Shown in pieces: positions 27,325 to 29,065 of a DNA stretch of 29,065 bases. Position numbers and translations under genes: made by a program. Under the pieces are notes generated by a model that worked only from the letters and a program-made list of their open reading frames with translations, searched no databases and was not told the DNA's origin. The stretch's first letter is position 1. The number at the start of each line of letters is the position of its first letter. The DNA is from a virus (taxonomy: Duplodnaviria; Caudoviricetes), in the IMG/VR virus record IMGVR_UViG_3300037501_000184, positions 1 to 29,065 of that record; one strand, given 5' to 3'.

Positions 27325-27630
27325 ATGAGTGCAAATGTCGTACCGGTTGGTCAGGAGGGTTTACGCATCAAAGTGGCACTGATTGAGGATGGATTGGCGG
27401 TGAATTTGATTTCCGCCAGTGTCAAGATAATCAAGTTGTATAAACCATCAGGCGGCGTGGTTGAAAAGACTGCGTCGTTTTTAACCGATGGAAGTGACGG
27501 CATCTTGTATGTTTCAACCGTGGCGGGTGACCTTGACGAACCCGGCTGGTACGGCGTGAGAGCCTACGTGGAGCAGGGGACATTTAATGGGCATTCCTCA
27601 CAGGGGCAATTTATGGTTGAGGCGTTGTAA
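27325..27630 (+). CDS. BppU N-terminal-like small structural protein
   Basis: IKLYKPSG, G.L.....GDLDEPGWY and a terminal F.V pattern. Confidence 0.5.
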   Translation: MSANVVPVGQEGLRIKVALIEDGLAVNLISASVKIIKLYKPSGGVVEKTASFLTDGSDGILYVSTVAGDLDEPGWYGVRAYVEQGTFNGHSSQGQFMVEAL

Positions 27631-27651
27631 CCATTTGAAAGGAAGGAAGTC

Positions 27652-27957
27652 ATGAATGAAATGCTGCCAGTATTGTATGTCAATCTTATTGCTGTTCTAG
27701 TCAGCGTTGTTGCCTCGCTGTTTCCAGTATATTGGGCGAGAAAGTACAACAGCGATTACAGGGACGGCGTGCGTCTGCTCCTGCCGGGACTGGCGCAGGT
27801 AATCACAGGGAGCATTGTTTTTGGTGTGATGTATGCCATACAAATTGTGGGATTTGTCGATGATATTGAATTGCAAAACGTCCTGCGCCCTGCGACATTG
27901 CTGTTTTTGCTTTCGCCGTTTACGATGATTGTGAGTCTCCATTTCTGGAAAAGGTAA
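27652..27957 (+). CDS. Small membrane protein, 3 predicted TM segments (holin candidate)
   Basis: Three hydrophobic stretches and a basic C-terminus; AAGGAAGG SD. Confidence 0.55.
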   Translation: MNEMLPVLYVNLIAVLVSVVASLFPVYWARKYNSDYRDGVRLLLPGLAQVITGSIVFGVMYAIQIVGFVDDIELQNVLRPATLLFLLSPFTMIVSLHFWKR

Positions 27958-27963
27958 ATTGGC

Positions 27964-28245
27964 ATGGATGCTAATTTGGCACAGGTAATCATTGCCATCA
28001 TCGTTGCTTTGGGCGGCATCCTGACAGCAAAAATCTCGAAACGTGAAGCGGTAAATCCCAATAATAATAATGATGAGATAATTTTTCTCCTTAAGCAGGA
28101 GAATGATGCTTTAAAAACCGAGTTGGAAAAGTGTCGCAGCGAGAGCGAGCGAAACAAATCGGATTACTTTGAGGTGTTGACTGCCTTGCATGAAAAAAGG
28201 ATAAGTTCTGCGAAGCGGCGGCGAAACAAAACCCCCCCAGGGTAA
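27964..28245 (+). CDS. Single-TM coiled-coil protein (holin/lysis accessory candidate)
   Basis: N-terminal VIIAIIVALGGILTA followed by a heptad-rich segment (LKQENDALKTELEK). Confidence 0.55.
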   Translation: MDANLAQVIIAIIVALGGILTAKISKREAVNPNNNNDEIIFLLKQENDALKTELEKCRSESERNKSDYFEVLTALHEKRISSAKRRRNKTPPG

Positions 28246-28269
28246 TCGGGGGGTTTTGTTTCGCCGCCG
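28216..28269. terminator. Bidirectional intrinsic terminator ending the late operon
   Basis: Perfect 22-bp inverted repeat CGGCGGCGAAACAAAACCCCCC / GGGGGGTTTTGTTTCGCCGCCG with a 10-nt loop, between convergent genes. Confidence 0.7.
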
Positions 28270-28318
28270 TGGTACCACAACCACAAAACGGCAAAGTCAT
28301 GTGTCACGAAAGGGTTAC

Positions 28319-28352
28319 AAAAACGCCCCGCCTGCCATGACACAGGCGGGGC
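28319..28352 (-). terminator. Intrinsic terminator for the minus-strand membrane-protein gene
   Basis: GCCCCGCCTG/CAGGCGGGGC 10-bp stem followed on the minus strand by GTTTTT. Confidence 0.7.
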
Positions 28353-28368
28353 AACAAGGAGGAGAATG

Positions 28369-28548
28369 TTATTTGCTGAATAGTTTGCGAATTGGCGCGC
28401 CCACTACCTCCACGCCCAATTTGAGCAGGACGTAAACCAGAAATGTGAGCAACACCTCTGGACTTATCGGAAAATCGGGAAAATATTTTACCAAAATCCC
28501 GTACACCAGGGCGATTGCAAGCGACAAAATACTATATTCGATTTTCAT
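28369..28548 (-). CDS. Small 2-TM membrane protein (59 aa), moron-like
   Basis: AGGAG SD 5 nt before ATG 28548. Two hydrophobic helices flank FPDFPISPE; basic C-terminus. Confidence 0.7.
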   Translation of the reverse strand: MKIEYSILSLAIALVYGILVKYFPDFPISPEVLLTFLVYVLLKLGVEVVGAPIRKLFSK

Positions 28549-28594
28549 ATTCACTCCTGTTTCTATTCACGGGGACGCCCCCGCCTATGCGTTG

Positions 28595-28603
28595 ATTATA
28601 TCA
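28595..28603 (-). promoter_or_regulatory. Extended -10 promoter (TGnTATAAT)
   Basis: Minus strand reads TGATATAAT ~46 nt upstream of ATG 28548. No convincing -35. Confidence 0.55.
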
Positions 28604-28645
28604 CCATCCACGCGGAATGAAGAAGTCTTTGACAAACCACCCGAT

Positions 28646-28681
28646 TAAAAATGCCGTGACCTGTTACGAGCAGGTCACGGC
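28646..28681 (-). terminator. Intrinsic terminator downstream of the HTH gene
   Basis: GCCGTGACCTG/CAGGTCACGGC 11-bp stem followed on the minus strand by ATTTTTA. Confidence 0.7.
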
Positions 28682-28781
28682 GGCGGACGAGACAAAAACC
28701 AGCCTAACGCAGGCAACAGGAGTTTATCTCTATGAATAATCACGAGCGCGAGTCATATCAGATTTGCGTGGGGTATTCCAA

Positions 28782-28994
28782 TCATCCGCGTGCGGCGTTC
28801 TTCGAGGAGGTGGATTCGTCGTCGTTCACAAGACGGATAATCGTGCCCCGGCTTACCCCCAACTCCTTTGCGAGCTGCCGCTTGCTCTTGTTTTTCAACT
28901 TGTTCTTATAGTATATGCGCCGGGCATTCCGCCATAAAGCAACCCATTCGGAAAACATATACGAGTGAATCGGCTTGGTGATTTTTGTTTCCAT
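28782..28994 (-). CDS. Small HTH DNA-binding protein (70 aa)
   Basis: SKRQLAKELGVSRGTIIRLV is an HTH. ATG 28994 is preferred over 29042 because it follows a consensus promoter. Confidence 0.75.
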   Translation of the reverse strand: METKITKPIHSYMFSEWVALWRNARRIYYKNKLKNKSKRQLAKELGVSRGTIIRLVNDDESTSSKNAARG

Positions 28995-29001
28995 GCGGGG
29001 G

Positions 29002-29030
29002 ATTGTATTATGTATGAGCGGATGTGTCAA
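29002..29030 (-). promoter_or_regulatory. Consensus sigma70 promoter, probably yielding a leaderless mRNA
   Basis: TTGACA (29030-29025), 17 nt, TACAAT (29007-29002), 7 nt, ATG. Confidence 0.75.
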
Positions 29031-29065
29031 GTTATTGGGCATGTCAATACCCTTGACACCCGGCC

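Larger units (their letters stand above)
285..27630 (+). mobile_element. Tailed phage/prophage packaging, head, tail, lysis and accessory late-gene region (siphovirus-like, Mu-like head module)
   Basis: Canonical synteny of terS-terL-portal-minor head-protease-capsid-connectors-tail tube-chaperone-tape measure-tail tip-endolysin. Genes are tightly coupled on one strand. No sheath gene is recognisable. Confidence 0.95.

Noticed and set aside
28732-28911. Plus-strand 59-codon ORF with AGGAG SD
   Set aside because: It is mostly antisense to the HTH gene, has no clear promoter, and the sequence is not protein-like. The SD-like motif is noted only as a possible pairing element.

Overview
This window is a nearly continuous late-gene region of a tailed dsDNA phage or prophage with a siphovirus-type tail, almost all on the + strand. 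The gene order is: HGG-motif small terminase, large terminase, portal, MuF-like minor head protein, Mu gpI-like protease/scaffold, decoration protein, Mu gpT-like major capsid, head-tail connectors, tail tube, tail assembly chaperone with a predicted -1 frameshift, tape measure, tail tip/fibre genes, GH25 endolysin, three GT-A glycosyltransferases, a ~1,294-aa protein with two long Ser/Pro tracts, a BppU-like protein and two small membrane proteins. After a bidirectional terminator come two small minus-strand genes, each with its own promoter. The best candidate for a novel system is a phage-encoded, mucin-like O-glycosylation module. Two of the glycosyltransferases resemble polypeptide GalNAc-transferases (DxH motif; WG..E...K.W..GG...H.FR-like motif). 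They sit directly upstream of the Ser/Pro-tract protein, and the same Ser/Pro motif is appended as a short C-terminal tag on the tail tube protein about 9 kb upstream of the GT genes. Other observations are an antisense HNH-remnant insertion that duplicated a start codon, in-frame internal starts in the protease and endolysin, a structured head-operon leader and a leaderless HTH gene. All functional calls come from reading motifs and synteny by eye; no database searches were run. No integrase, transposase, tRNA or CRISPR array was seen, and the host cannot be determined from this window.
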